Assembly: GCA_963842525.1 (NCBI GenBank)
Contig: CAWJGT010000024.1
Span: forward strand, 128,001-192,000
Direction of reading: 5' to 3'
DNA: 64,000 nt
Source of the DNA: an uncultured Holophagales bacterium
Lineage (GTDB): Bacteria; Acidobacteriota; Thermoanaerobaculia; Multivoradales; UBA5704
The notes beneath the pieces were generated by a model, which saw only the letters and a program-made list of their open reading frames with translations, was not told the origin of the DNA and did not search any database. Below are positions 8,477 through 19,720 of the stretch, piece by piece. Each line of letters opens with the position of its first letter. The first letter of the stretch is position 1. The position numbers and the translations under genes were made by a program.

Positions 8477-11400
8477 ATGGCGATTCTCCGTTCGATGATC
8501 CTCCGTCTTGCCGCGGCCGGCCTGATCCTCGCCACGGCCGCTCCCGCTCAGCCCCCTCAGGTTACCGAGCCGGCAGCTCCGACCCTTGCCCCCGCCGGGG
8601 TGGAGATCGACTCGGCGACGTTCGGCGCGCTCGAGGCCCGCCCGCTCGGACCGGCCGTGACGAGCGGCCGCATCGCGGCGATCGACGCCGTCGCCGACGA
8701 CCCGCTGACGATCTGGATCGGCACGGCCAGCGGCGGCGTCTGGAAGTCCGCCGACGGCGGCATCACCTTCAAGCCGGTCTTCGACGACCACACCCAATCG
8801 ATCGGCGCCGTGGAGATCGATCCCAAGGACCCGAAGACCGTCTGGGTCGGCACCGGCGAGTCCTGCACCCGCAACAGCGTCTCGATGGGCGACGGCGTCT
8901 ACAGGACGACCGACAACGGCGAGTCCTGGACGCGCATGGGCCTGGAGAATTCCGAGCGCATCGCCCAGGTGCGGGTGAGCCCCGCCGACAGCAACGTGGT
9001 CTTCGTCTGCGCCACCGGCCACCTGTGGAACGCTCACGAGGAGCGCGGGGTCTTCAAGACCACCGACGGCGGCAAGACCTGGAAGAAGGTCCTCTACGTG
9101 GACGCCGACACCGGCTGCTCCGACCTCGACATCGACCCCCAGGAGCCGCGCATCCTCTATGCCGGCATGTGGCAGTTCCGCCGCAGCCCGGACTTCTTCG
9201 AGTCCGGCGGCCCGGGCAGCGGCCTGTACAAGAGCACCGACGGCGGCGAGACCTGGAAGAAGCTGGAACAGGGGCTGCCCGAGGGCGAGAAGGGACGGAT
9301 CGCCGTGGCCGTGGCGCCGTCGCGGCCCAGCGTGGTCTATGCCCAGGTGGAATCCAAGAAGACCGCCCTCTACCGCTCCGACGACACCGGCCAGACCTGG
9401 GAGGAAGTCAACTCCTCGTTCAACATCCAGGCACGCCCGTTCTACTTCTCCCACCTGGCGGTCGATCCGGTGGACCACAACACGGTCTACAAGCCGGGGC
9501 TCAGCCTCACCACGAGCACCGACGGCGGCCGCACGTTCACCACTTTCTTCAGCGATTTCGGCGGCAACGTCCACGGCGACCACCATGCGCTGTGGATCAA
9601 CCCGAAGAACCGCAACGAGCTGATCCTCGGCACCGACGGCGGCGCCTACATGTCCTACGACCGGGGCCGGCACTGGCGGCACATCGACACGCTGCCGGTG
9701 GCCCAGTTCTACCGCATCAGCTACGACATGGCCTGGCCCTATGCGGTCTACGGCGGCCTGCAGGACAACGGCTCGTGGTCGGCGCCGTCCCGCGCGACGG
9801 GCGGCGTCAAGCTCCGCAACTGGCGCAACATCGGCTTCGGCGACGGCTTCTACGCCTTCCCCGATCCCGCCGACGCGGACCTGGTCTATGTGGAGTACCA
9901 GGGGGGCGAGATCTCGCGGCTGCGCCTCTCCACCGGCGAGAACCGGGACATCAAGCCGCGGCCTGGCAAGGGCGAGCCCGACTACCGCTTCAACTGGAAC
10001 ACTCCCATCCACCTGAGCCGCGGCGAGCCGGGGACGGTCTACATCGGTGCGCAGTTCCTCTTCCGCTCGCGCAACGCCGGAGAGTCGTGGGAGAAGGTCT
10101 CGCCGGACCTCACCACCAACAACCCGAAGCTGCAGCGGCAGAGCCAGTCCGGCGGCCTGTCCCCGGACAACACCACGGCCGAGAACCACACCACGATCTA
10201 CGCCATCAGCGAATCGCCGAAGAACCCGCAGGTGATCTGGGTGGGGACCGACGACGGCAACCTCCAGCTCACGCGCGACGGCGGCAAGAGCTGGACGAAC
10301 CTGGCCGGCAACCTGCCGGGCGCCCCGGCCGGCGGGTGGGTCTCGAGCGTCGAGGCCAGCCGCTTCGACGAGGCCACGGCCTATGCCACGGTGGAGAACC
10401 ACCACCGCGGCGACATGAAGCCGTACGCTTTCAAGACCACCGACTACGGCCGGACCTGGAAGCCGCTTGTCGCCGGCGACAGCGATGCCGTCGAGGGCTA
10501 CGCCCACATCCTCCGCGAGGATCTGGAGAACCCGGGCCTCCTCTTCCTGGGCACCGAGCGCGGCCTCTACCTCAGCGTCGACGGCGGCGCCCGCTGGGCG
10601 CGCTTCACCGGCAACTTCCCGCAGTACGTGGCGGTCCGCGACCTCGCCATCCACCCGCGGGAGCACGACCTGATCATCGCCAGCCACGGCCGCGGCGTCT
10701 TCATCCTGGACGACATCACGCCGCTGCGGAAGCTGACCCACGACATGCTGGAGCAGGAGGTGGCCATGCTGCCGGCCCGTCCGTCAGTGATGGTCATCCC
10801 CTCGTCGGCCCAGGAGTTCACGGACGACTCGGAGTACGTGGGGCCGAACCCGAGCGAGGCGGCCAGCATCGTCTACTACATGAAGAAGCGCCATCTGATC
10901 GGCGATCTCCTGCTGGAGGTCTTCAACGAGAAGGGGGAGCGCATGGCCGCCCTCCCCGCCGGCAAGCGGCGCGGCATCAACCGGGTGGAGTGGCCGATGC
11001 GGCTCAAGCCGCCCAAGATGCCGGCGGGGCAGCTCGGTGGTCCAGGCCCCCGGCGCTTTCCTGGGCCCGCGGACCCCCATGGGGACCTATACGGTCAAGC
11101 TCGTCAAGGGAGGCCAGACCTATACCGGCCAGGTGGTCCTGGTGCCGGACCCGCGCTCCACCCACTCGGTCGAAGACCGGGCTCTCCAGCAGGAAAAAGC
11201 CCTGGAGGCCTACCAGATGCTGGAGCGGCTGACCTATGTCGCCGACGCGGCGGTGGACGCCCGCGATGCATTGCGCAAGCGGGCCGACGCGCTGCCGAAG
11301 GGAGACCGGCTGCGGCGGCAGATCGTGGCGGCGGCCGGCGAGCTCGACGTCGCTCCTGGCCACGCTGGCGGCCACCGGCGAGGGGAGCATCTTCGCCAGT

Positions 11401-11643
11401 GAGGAGCAGCTCCGCGAGAAGCTGGGCACGGTCTACGGCAGCATCAACGGCTACGACGGCCGGCCGACGAAGTCCCTGCTCGACCAGTTGGAGGTCCTGG
11501 GAGGGCGGCTCGACCAGGCCGCCGCGCGGCTGGAGGCGATCGCCGCCAAGGACCTCGCAGCCGTCAACAAGGCGCTCGTGGCACGAAAGATGGAGCCGGT
11601 GAAGCTGATGACGAAGGAGGAGTGGGACAAGAAGCAGGTGTGA
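8477..11643 (+). CDS. VPS10/sortilin-like BNR (Asp-box) repeat beta-propeller glycosyl hydrolase-like protein (frameshifted near 11030 and 11345)
   Basis: Repeated S/T-x-DGG-x-T/S-W Asp boxes; GPAVTSGRI, HGDHHA, GGLQDNG motifs. The true C-terminus continues in the 11037 and then 11236 ORF frames. Confidence 0.85.
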
Positions 11644-11644
11644 G

Positions 11645-11702
11645 CCTCACCCCCTGTCCCCCTCTCCCATCGTCCTCCCACCCACCGGGAGAGGGGGGAC
11701 GT
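11645..11702. repeat. REP-like palindrome type A (CCTCACCCCCTGTCCCCCTCTCCC...GGGAGAGGGGGGACG)
   Basis: Near-identical copy at 17133-17190; both lie directly after a stop codon. Confidence 0.7.
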
Positions 11703-11723
11703 AGATCAGGCCGTTTTGGCAAG

Positions 11724-11774
11724 CTGAGGCAATCCGGATCGCCCCGACCTCGGGGTCGTTCCGGTTTGCCTCAG
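11724..11774. terminator. Long hairpin between convergent genes, probable bidirectional terminator
   Basis: CTGAGGCAATCCGGA..CCCCGA / TCGGGG..TCCGGTTTGCCTCAG inverted repeat. Confidence 0.5.
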
Positions 11775-11807
11775 AATGTCTGGTGTTTGGTATGGGGGTG
11801 AGGAACG

Positions 11808-12017
11808 CTACGCCAGACCCTGGCGCCGCTCCTCGAGCAGCTTGCGCATGATCTTCTTGCGAGCCTGCACGGCCTTGCGCTTGCGCTTGACCGAAGGCTT
11901 CTCGTAATGCTGCCGCTTCCGCAGCTCGGTCAGGATTCCGGACTTCTCGACCTTGCGCTTGAACCGGCGGAGCGCATTCTCGAAGCTCTCCTCCTCGCGC
12001 ACGTGCACAACGGGCAT
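11808..12017 (-). CDS. rpsU: 30S ribosomal protein S21
   Basis: [42 protein letters not shown], canonical S21. Confidence 0.95.
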   Translation of the reverse strand: MPVVHVREEESFENALRRFKRKVEKSGILTELRKRQHYEKPSVKRKRKAVQARKKIMRKLLEERRQGLA

Positions 12018-12122
12018 TGTGAGTCTCACCTCTCTTCCGTGTCAGGATGCCGCGTCCGAACAGGACGCGAAGCTCCAATTTCGCTCAAGTGCGGTGGAAA
12101 GTCAAGCGCCGGAGCCGACTAG

Positions 12123-13031
12123 TCAGCCGGTACCCAGGCCGGTGGAGGAGGGCTCCGGGCTCGCGGGAGCGGCCGGGTAGCTCTCCGGCCGGAGGCCCTC
12201 GCGGCCCGGTCCGACCGCGTCGAAGTCCACCTCGTAGACGACGTAGCCCTTCCCCTGCTGCTGGAACCAGACCGCGGCGGCCCCGCCCTGCGCGTCCTTG
12301 GTGTAGAACCAGGCCGTGATTCCCTTTTCGGGGTACTCCCGGACGTTGTTCAGGTTGGGTTGCCCGAGGGCCGCCCGGACCTCCTGCTGGGTCATCCCTT
12401 CCTTGACCTGCGCGAAGCGCTCCGCCGTCATGTAGCGCCGGGCGCGGGCGCTCTCCAGCTCCTGCCGCAGGCGCGGGTTGTCCGGGTCCACGGCGAGAGC
12501 GGCCTCGTAGATGTCGAGGGCCCGCCGGTAGTCGCCGCCCCGCTCGATGTGCTCGCGGGCGAGGCGGATGTCCTCGTCGCTCTTCATGCGGACCGCCTCG
12601 AGCAGCCGCCCGGACAGCGGCTCGCCCTCGACCGCCGGATGGGCGTTGATGAAGTCGATCAGGCGGCGGTTGAGCTCGTCGGTCTGGCCGCGGACCTCCT
12701 GCTCGAGCTTCTCGAGCGTGTCGCGGGCCGCGGCCGGTGGGGGGGCCGGCGAGGCCGGTCCGTCCGGACGGGCAGCGGCCTGCGTCCGGGCGAGCTGATT
12801 GCGCTTGCCGTCCAGACGCTGCTTCGCCTGCCGGAGCCAGGCCCACTCGGCATCGTCGGCGGCCTGGACCTGCTCGTCGGCGCCCCGGCCGGAGCGGCCG
12901 CAGCCGGAGAAAATGCCTGCAAGGAGGCTGGTGGAGAGGAGCGTCAGGGCGAGCACGGCGGGCCATTGCGGGGGCCATCGCGGCGTGGGACGGCTGGGCT
13001 CGAATCGATCGCTGGCGGGCTCTCTGTCCAT
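12123..13031 (-). CDS. Lipoprotein with coiled-coil, TPR-like repeat and SmpA/BamE-like domain
   Basis: Lipobox-like FSGC; GDYRRALDIYEAALAVDPDN TPR; FAQVKEGMTQQEVRAALGQP BamE-like motif. Confidence 0.65.
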   Translation of the reverse strand: MDREPASDRFEPSRPTPRWPPQWPAVLALTLLSTSLLAGIFSGCGRSGRGADEQVQAADDAEWAWLRQAKQRLDGKRNQLARTQAAARPDGPASPAPPPAAARDTLEKLEQEVRGQTDELNRRLIDFINAHPAVEGEPLSGRLLEAVRMKSDEDIRLAREHIERGGDYRRALDIYEAALAVDPDNPRLRQELESARARRYMTAERFAQVKEGMTQQEVRAALGQPNLNNVREYPEKGITAWFYTKDAQGGAAAVWFQQQGKGYVVYEVDFDAVGPGREGLRPESYPAAPASPEPSSTGLGTG

Positions 13032-13139
13032 CTCGTTTCCCGGTCGGAGCGGCAAGGTACCACAGCCCGATAGGCCCCGCCAGTCCCGGGTCCGCCTCTA
13101 AGCCCTTGTGGAAACGGGGGTTTCGCGCCCGGCCATGCC

Positions 13140-13169
13140 TTGACACGTGTGGAACGGCTACAGAATAAT
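13140..13169 (+). promoter_or_regulatory. Putative sigma70 promoter
   Basis: TTGACA followed by AATAAT at an 18-nt spacing, upstream of ATG 13216. Confidence 0.35.
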
Positions 13170-13215
13170 GAGCTGCCTTCAGATGAGTCTGACGAGAACG
13201 CGCGGAGAGCTGAGG

Positions 13216-14845
13216 ATGTCCCTTTCGGAAAGAGTCCAGCAGATCAATCGGGAGATCAGCGCCACTGTGGAGCGCGCTCTCTCCGGCCTGCGCGAGGAAG
13301 TCTCGCAACGCCTGCGCAGCAGCCACGAAGAGGTCCTGCGGCGCCTGGACGAGATTACCCCGGAGCTGCCGGGCGCCTACCTCGCCGACCAGGACATCCA
13401 TCCGGTCGCCGAGCAGATGGCCTCGGCCGCGGCGGCCGTCGCGGGTGCCGTGGCGCGTCACAACGCCTTCGTCGAGGCCCGTGACGCCATCGCCGCGATC
13501 GACCGCTCCCGCTCGCAGGCGGAGATCCTGGCAGCGTTGCTGCGCGAGTCGTCGCGCTTCGCCTCCCGGGCGGCCGTGCTGCTGCTGCGCGGCGACGAGC
13601 TGCGCGGCTGGGGCGGCCAGGGGTTTGGCGAAGCCGAGCCGGGCATCCGCGAGCTGGCCCTTCCCGCCTCGGATGGAAGCCCGTGGGGCCGGCTGGCGCA
13701 GGCCCAGGGCGCCGAGCGGCTGAACGCCGCCGAGTGCGCCGCGCTGTGCAGCCGGATCGAGGCCCCCCTGCCCCACGACGGGCTCCTGGTGCCGCTGGTC
13801 CTGCGCGACCGCATCGCCGCCGCCCTCTATGCCGACCGCCTGGACGGCGACCTCGCGGTCGAGGCCCTCCAGGTCCTCTGCAATGTGGCGGCGCAGGCCA
13901 TCGAGCTGCTGCCGTTCCGCGATCGGCCGTTCACCCCGACGCTGAATCTGGAGGGCGATGGAGCGGCCTCTCCCACGGTGTCCGAGCCCGCTCCCGCGCC
14001 GGTCCCCGTTCCCGAGCCCGAGCCGGCGACCGAGCCGGAGGCTGCCCCGGAGGTCGTCCCGGAGGCGTCGAGCGCGCCCGCCGAGCCGGAGCCCGCCGTC
14101 GCGGCAGAGCCCGAGCTGCCCGAGTTGGAAGCCGAGCCGGAGCCGGTCCCCTCTCCCTGGGCGTTCACGCCTGCGGAGCCGGAGGCGGAGGCCGAGGTGG
14201 AGACGCTCTCGGACGTGGAGGCGATCCCCGAAGAGCTTCCGGAAGAGCCGGCTCCGGCCTCCGAGCCCGCCAGGTTCGCCAATATCGCCTGCGGCCACCG
14301 TCTACCAGCCCATCCCGGTCCCTCCCCCGGCGGCCAGCGAGGCGACCGTCCTGCTGCAGCGGCCGAATCTGCAGTCCGTGCCGGCCCCGCCGGCGCCAGC
14401 GGCTCCAACACCGCTGCGGCCGGTGCCTCCCCCGGCGCCCTTGTCTCAAACACCGCCACCCGAGCCGGCCGAAGCCGCGCCCAGCAGCTCCCCGGCCAGT
14501 CTCGCAGGCTCTCCGGAGGTCAAGCCACCGAGCGACGTCGAGGGTCCGGGCTGGGCCTTCGCCACCGGCCGCGTCGCCGTCTCGCCGAGCGAAGAGGCGC
14601 TGCACGAAGAAGCCCGCCGGCTGGCGAGGCTCCTCGTCAGCGAGATCAAGCTGTATAATGAGGAGCAGGTTGAAGAAGGCCGACGCAAGCGCGACGTCTA
14701 TGAGCGGCTCAAGGAGGATATTGACCGTTCGCGTCAGATGTACGAGGAGCGGGTGGAGCCCCGGATCCTCAAGTCGACCGATTATTTCTACCAGGAGCTG
14801 GTGCGGATCCTCGCCGCGGGGGACGCCAAGGCCCTGGGTATCTGA
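13216..14845 (+). CDS. Hypothetical protein: GAF-like domain, Pro/Glu-rich linker, conserved C-terminal helical domain (frameshift near 14290)
   Basis: LVPLVLRDRIAAALYAD GAF-like motif. The C-terminus EARRLARLLVSEIKLYN... lies in the 13958 ORF frame. Confidence 0.65.
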
Positions 14846-14895
14846 AACCTGCCAGTTGTCGCGCCTCCGGCCTTCCGGAGCGCTGGTGGAGCGCA

Positions 14896-17128
14896 GTGAG
14901 AAGTTCTAGAAGTGCTTTTGTAACGCGTAGGAACCTTTTCCCTCTCGCCCTGGTCCTCCTCGGAGCCCTGTTGCTGGGGTCCGCCCCGCAAACCCTGTCG
15001 CGGACCGGCTCGATCGCGCCGATCCCCGGCACCTCCGACCGCGCGGCGCTGATCTACGCCGAAGCGGCCGCCGCGGTCCGCAGCAAGGATTGCGCCGGCG
15101 CCTACAAGGTCCTCAACCCGCTGATGACGGGCAAGGGCCAGGAGGCCTCCTTCGCCCGCCTGCTGATCGGCTTCTATGCCCACGCCTGCGAGCAGGTGGG
15201 CTACGCCGAGGAGCGGCTGTTCGCCGCCAGCGATCCGGGCGGGTCCCTGGAGGACTGGCGCCTCTACCTGCTGAGCGACAGCGCGGCGGCCCAGGGGCAT
15301 ACCCTGCTCGCGCAGGCCTCCCTCGGCAAGCTGATCGGCGACTATCCCGCCTCTCCCCTGCGCCCGCGCGCCTTGCTCAAGGCGGCGACGATCGCCTGGG
15401 AGCGGACCGACTCGCAGCGCGCCCTGGAGCTGATCGAAAAGGCGCGGCGCGACGGCGTCAAGGGCGAGGAGAAGGCGCAGATCGAGCGGCTGGCCTGGGA
15501 CATCGGGACCCGCCTGGACGACCCGGCGATCCGGCGTGAAGCCGCCCGGCACCTGCTCGCCGAGGCGCCCGCGGTGGCGTCCGAGCTCCAGGTGGCCGAG
15601 ATCTTCCGCGGCCCCGGCGGCGACCTCGCCTGGGGGAGCTTCCTCACCGCGGAGCAGCTCCGCCGGCGGGCCCGCGCGCTGCTCGACATGAAGCTCGATC
15701 CGAACGCCGGGTCGTCGCTCGACGCCGTTCCCGCGAGCGAGCGCAATGTCGAATGGTACCTGCTCAAGGCCGAGTCGCTGACTCGCCAGGGGAAGGGCGA
15801 GGACGCGCTGTTGCTCCTGGCCTCGCGGACCACGGCCGATCCCGGGCAGGCGGCGGCGCTCGAATGGGCTCGCGCCATGGCGGCGGACGACGTGGCCACG
15901 GCCCGCCGCGGCCGGACCAACCTTCCGTCGGCCGAACGCCAGCGGATGCGGAGCCTCGCGCAGCAATACCTGCAGAAGGTGGCCCAGCCGGGCGCCGATC
16001 CCGAGCTGGCGGCCAAGGCCCTGCGCACCCTCTACGCCGACCAGATCGAGGACGACCTTTTCGATGCGGCCATCGCTTCGCTGCGCCAGCTCCGCAAGCG
16101 TCGATCCCGCCGACACGACCGGCGCGACCCATCTCTGGAACCTGGGCTGGCGCGAGTACGGCCGGCGCAACTACAGCGGCGCCGTGGGGTATTGGACCGA
16201 GCTGTACGCCCTCTACCCCAACGAATCCAGCGGGCGCCGGGGCCGGTACTGGACCGCGCGCGCTTTCGAGCTCCTCGGCGAGACCGAGCGGGCGCAGCAG
16301 ATCTATGCCGACGTGGCCTCTGCGGACACCACGGACTTCTACCGCAAGAACGCCCTGGCGCGGCTGCGCCAGCAGGCTGCCGCCAGCCCGCGGGGCGGAG
16401 CGGCCACCGAGCCCTGGCCGAACGATCCGGCCGTGGCACGGGTGCGGCTGCTCACCGACCTCGGGCTCGAGGATCTGGCCCTCTCCGAGCTGGCCATGGT
16501 CCGGGAGGATGCGCCGCCGCGCTCCGTGCGCGCCCTCGAAGCGCTGATCCTGGCCCGCCAGGGCGACCGCCGCAAGAGCGTCATGGCCATCCGCGACGCC
16601 TTCCCGGCGCTGGGTGGCGCCTACCAGGCGAGCCTGCCGGAGGAGGCGCGCCGCATCTACTATCCGATCGACTACCAGGACACGATCCGCACCTGGGCGA
16701 CGCGCAACCAGCTCCCGCTCCACCTGGTTTTGGGCATCATCCGCCAGGAGAGCGCCTTCGACCGCAACGCCCAGAGCTGGGCGGGCGCGCGCGGCCTGAT
16801 GCAGCTCATGCCGGCCACGGCGCGCGAGCTGGCCGGCAAGCTCGGCCTTTCCTACACGCACGAAAAGCTCTCCGACCCGGACTTCAACCTCCGGCTCGGC
16901 ACCACCTACTTCAGCAACGTGCTCGACATGTTCGGCGGCAACGTCGAGCTCTCGCTCGCCGGTTACAACGGCGGCCCCTACCGGATCAAGCGACTGTGGA
17001 AGGAGTGGGGGACATCGGAGATGGACCGCTTCCTCGAGAGCCTGGACATCGAGGAGTCGAAGACCTACGTGAAGCGGATCCTGGTCCTCTCGGACAGCTA
17101 CCGGCAGCTCTACTCGATCCCGGGGTGA
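14896..17128 (+). CDS. slt: Soluble lytic murein transglycosylase with TPR repeats (frameshift near 16100)
   Basis: SLT motifs IIRQESAF, GARGLMQLMPATA, AGYNGG, ESKTYVKRI in the 16064 frame; TPR-like N-terminal region. Start uncertain. Confidence 0.85.
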
Positions 17129-17132
17129 GTGA

Positions 17133-17190
17133 CCTCACCCCCTGTCCCCCTCTCCCGTCGCCCCCCCTCCGGCCGGGAGAGGGGGGACGT
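17133..17190. repeat. REP-like palindrome type A, second copy
   Basis: Matches 11645-11702. Confidence 0.7.
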
Positions 17191-17237
17191 GGTTCGGCGG
17201 CCGTGCCTACGTTCACCTATCGGGACGCGCCCGATCG

Positions 17238-17346
17238 CCCCGGGTTGACACCCGGGGCTACCCAGTTCCGCCCTCCGGGCTCTGGAACCCTCAGCTCTCG
17301 CGAGCCCGGAGGGCGACATTCGGTAGCCCAGGGTGTGAACCCTGGG
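17238..17346. repeat. REP/REPIN-like inverted doublet type B
   Basis: CCCGGGTTGACACCCGGGGCTAC..CGCCCTCCGGGCTC is inverted to GAGCCCGGAGGGCG..GTAGCCCAGGGTGTGAACCCTGGG. Confidence 0.65.
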
Positions 17347-18795
17347 CGAGGGCTGCTGCTGCTGCTCCTCCTTCTTTCCGCCTGCGCCCGCACCCCCGCC
17401 CCGCACGACGGCCCGATCGTGCTCGTCACCCTCGACTCCCTGCGGACCGACGTGGTGGACGGGCTCGGCGGTCCGCAGGGGCTGATGCCCCGCCTCTCGA
17501 AGCTGGTCCACGAGGCTGACTGGGCCGGCCCGGCCATCTCTCCCTCGAGCTGGGGGGTGCCGGCCATGGCCTCGATCTTCACGGGTCTGCAGCCGTGGCA
17601 GCACCAGGCCCTCCACGCCGGCCAGGCCCGGCTCGCGCCGGAGCTGGTCACGCTGCCCGAGGCGCTCGGTGCCCGCGGATACACGACCGCCGGGTATTTC
17701 ACCGGCCGCTGGTACTCCGACAAGCTCGGCTATGCGCAGGGGTTCGACATCTTCCAGAACCTGGGCCGGGGCCGGCGCGCGTTCGACCGGCTGGGCAACC
17801 TCGGCGGCGGACGGCAGCTCGTCTGGGTGCACCTCCCGGAGCCGCAGGCGCCTTATGTATTGCGCGACGAGCTGATCACCCGCCTGGCGCCGCCGCTCCC
17901 TCCCACGCTGCCGCGGAGGATCCTGACCGCCCAGCTCGAGCCTTTTTTCGATCCCGCCGAGCCCCTTCCCCCGGGCCGACGCCGCCAGTTCTGGGCGATG
18001 TACCGGCTCAACGCCGCCTGGGCGGACGAGCGGCTCGGCCGCGTGCTCGACGCCCTGCGCGCCAGCGGCCAATGGGACCGGACGCTGCTGGTCGTCACCG
18101 CCAACCACGGCGAAGAGTTCGGCGAGCGGGAGCAGATCCTCCACGGCGGCAACCTGGGACGCCGGCTCCTGGAGGTCCCCCTGGTGATCAAGCTGCCCCA
18201 GGGGTTCGGCCGCCGTCTCCACATCCCCGCCGGGCAGCGGGTCGGGACGGTCCGCCTGTGGGCGACGCTCGTCGAGGCTGCCGGGGGCACCGCACCGCCG
18301 GCCGTGGCGCCCAGCCTCTTCCGCCCGGCGCCGGCAGGCGTGCTCTCGGAGCTCTACCTGACCAACGGGACCAACCAGTTTTCGTGGGTCGAAGGGAACG
18401 ACCAGCTCCTCTGGGAGTCGCGCTTCGCGCCGCCGGAGCCGGAGTACTACCGCGCGCTCCGTGCCGTGGGCCGGTCCGGGCTCCGTCTCTCCGAGCCGCC
18501 GGAGGCGATCTTCGCGCGCCTGGATGCGGCCTTCCGGACCGCGCCGCCGCTCTCGGGGACGGGCGCGCCGCGCCTCACCCTGGAGCGCTGGGACGAGAGG
18601 GAGAGCCGGCCGGTGGTCGATCCTGCACGGACGGCCGCCATGGCGCGGCGTCTCGCCCAGGCCTGGAACCGGTTCGCGCCGGGAGAGCTGGTCCCCGGCG
18701 AGGAGGAGACCGCCTGGAGCCGGCCGTCCCCTCCGTCGGCGCCGGCCCGGAAAAAGGGTGGCTCCAGGCAGACGGCAGCTCGTGGGCAGGGATGA
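17335..18795 (+). CDS. Sulfatase/alkaline-phosphatase-superfamily lipoprotein
   Basis: Lipobox LSAC; VLVTLDSLRTD, ASIFTG, WVHLPEPQAPY, TANHGEEF, VPLVIK motifs. GTG start inferred. Confidence 0.75.
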   Translation: MNPGRGLLLLLLLLSACARTPAPHDGPIVLVTLDSLRTDVVDGLGGPQGLMPRLSKLVHEADWAGPAISPSSWGVPAMASIFTGLQPWQHQALHAGQARLAPELVTLPEALGARGYTTAGYFTGRWYSDKLGYAQGFDIFQNLGRGRRAFDRLGNLGGGRQLVWVHLPEPQAPYVLRDELITRLAPPLPPTLPRRILTAQLEPFFDPAEPLPPGRRRQFWAMYRLNAAWADERLGRVLDALRASGQWDRTLLVVTANHGEEFGEREQILHGGNLGRRLLEVPLVIKLPQGFGRRLHIPAGQRVGTVRLWATLVEAAGGTAPPAVAPSLFRPAPAGVLSELYLTNGTNQFSWVEGNDQLLWESRFAPPEPEYYRALRAVGRSGLRLSEPPEAIFARLDAAFRTAPPLSGTGAPRLTLERWDERESRPVVDPARTAAMARRLAQAWNRFAPGELVPGEEETAWSRPSPPSAPARKKGGSRQTAARGQG

Positions 18796-18830
18796 TATAC
18801 TCGCGAACCGCCCTGAAAGGGGCGCTTCCC

Positions 18831-18903
18831 GGGTCCATAGCTCAGCGGTTAGAGCATCCGGCTCATAACCGGACGGTCCCTGGTTCAAATCCAGGTGGAC
18901 CCA
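18831..18903 (+). tRNA. tRNA with CAT anticodon (probably tRNA-Ile2, otherwise elongator Met); CCA not encoded
   Basis: Acceptor GGGTCCA/TGGACCC, D-arm GCTC..GAGC, anticodon stem TCCGG-CTCATAA-CCGGA, T-loop GGTTCAAATCC; lacks initiator features. Confidence 0.93.
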
Positions 18904-18967
18904 CTCCGAAGCTCGGACGGGGCTCTAATTTTTTCTCTTTCTTCCTAGAGGAGTTGCTATCTCATCC

Positions 18968-19720
18968 ATGAACCCGCAGATCGAAAAGGTCGTGGAGCTG
19001 CAGGACGCGATCTCCCGCCTCCGCGAGGCCGAGCAACGGCTGCATGGCATTCCGGACTGGATGCGCGAGCTCCACGACGAGCATGTGGCCCGCCGCGCGG
19101 AGATCGACGTTCTCGACGAAGCCGCCCAGACCGCCACCCGCGAACGCCGCACCGCCGAAGCCTCGACGCAAGACGCCCAGGAAAAGCTCAAGAAATACCA
19201 GCAGCAGATCAATCGCGTCAGCACCCAGCGCGAATATGGAGCGTTGCTCCAGGAGATCGACACCGTGAAATCACAGATCTCCGGCTTTGAGGAGCAGGGC
19301 CTGGCCGCCCTGGAGAAGACCGAGCAGACGCAGAAGGAGCTGGAGGTCAAGCGCGAGGGCTTCCGCGAGCTGGACGAGCGCTACCAGACCGAGCTTGTCC
19401 GCTGGGAGAGCGAAAAACCGGAGATCGCCCGCCAGGCCGAGGAGCTGCGCGCCAGGATCGCCGCGCTGCGCGCCCAGGTGCCGCGCCCCCAGCTCTCGCT
19501 GTTCGACCGTCTCCTCGATCGCTATCCCGGCGGGGCTCTCGCGTCCGTGCGTCCCATCGAGCGCCCCGGTCGCACCCAGCGCGAGTGGCATTGCAGTGCC
19601 TGCAACTACCGGGTGAGGCCCCAGACCGTGGTGGAGATCCGCAACTCGGGCACCATGGTCCAGTGCGACAGTTGCAAGCGGGTCCTCTATCTCGAGCCCG
19701 AGCAGCAGCAGGACTTGTGA
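18968..19720 (+). CDS. Coiled-coil + C4 zinc-ribbon protein (CT398/HP0958-like)
   Basis: Long coiled coil, REYGALLQEID, CSAC...CDSCKRVLY. Confidence 0.85.
   Translation: MNPQIEKVVELQDAISRLREAEQRLHGIPDWMRELHDEHVARRAEIDVLDEAAQTATRERRTAEASTQDAQEKLKKYQQQINRVSTQREYGALLQEIDTVKSQISGFEEQGLAALEKTEQTQKELEVKREGFRELDERYQTELVRWESEKPEIARQAEELRARIAALRAQVPRPQLSLFDRLLDRYPGGALASVRPIERPGRTQREWHCSACNYRVRPQTVVEIRNSGTMVQCDSCKRVLYLEPEQQQDL

Noticed and set aside
8228-10741. Long antisense ORFs (also 25827-27671, 28476-30548, 58270-60534 and others)
   Set aside because: Shadow ORFs opposite well-supported genes, as expected at about 70% GC.
14896-18795. 1299-aa ORF suggesting a TPR-sulfatase fusion
   Set aside because: Artefact of a frameshift near 16100. 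The SLT domain is in another frame and ends at 17128; the read-through crosses REP repeats.
18831-18903. tRNA as an island integration site
   Set aside because: No duplicated tRNA 3' end or integrase seen; the flanking genes are housekeeping.
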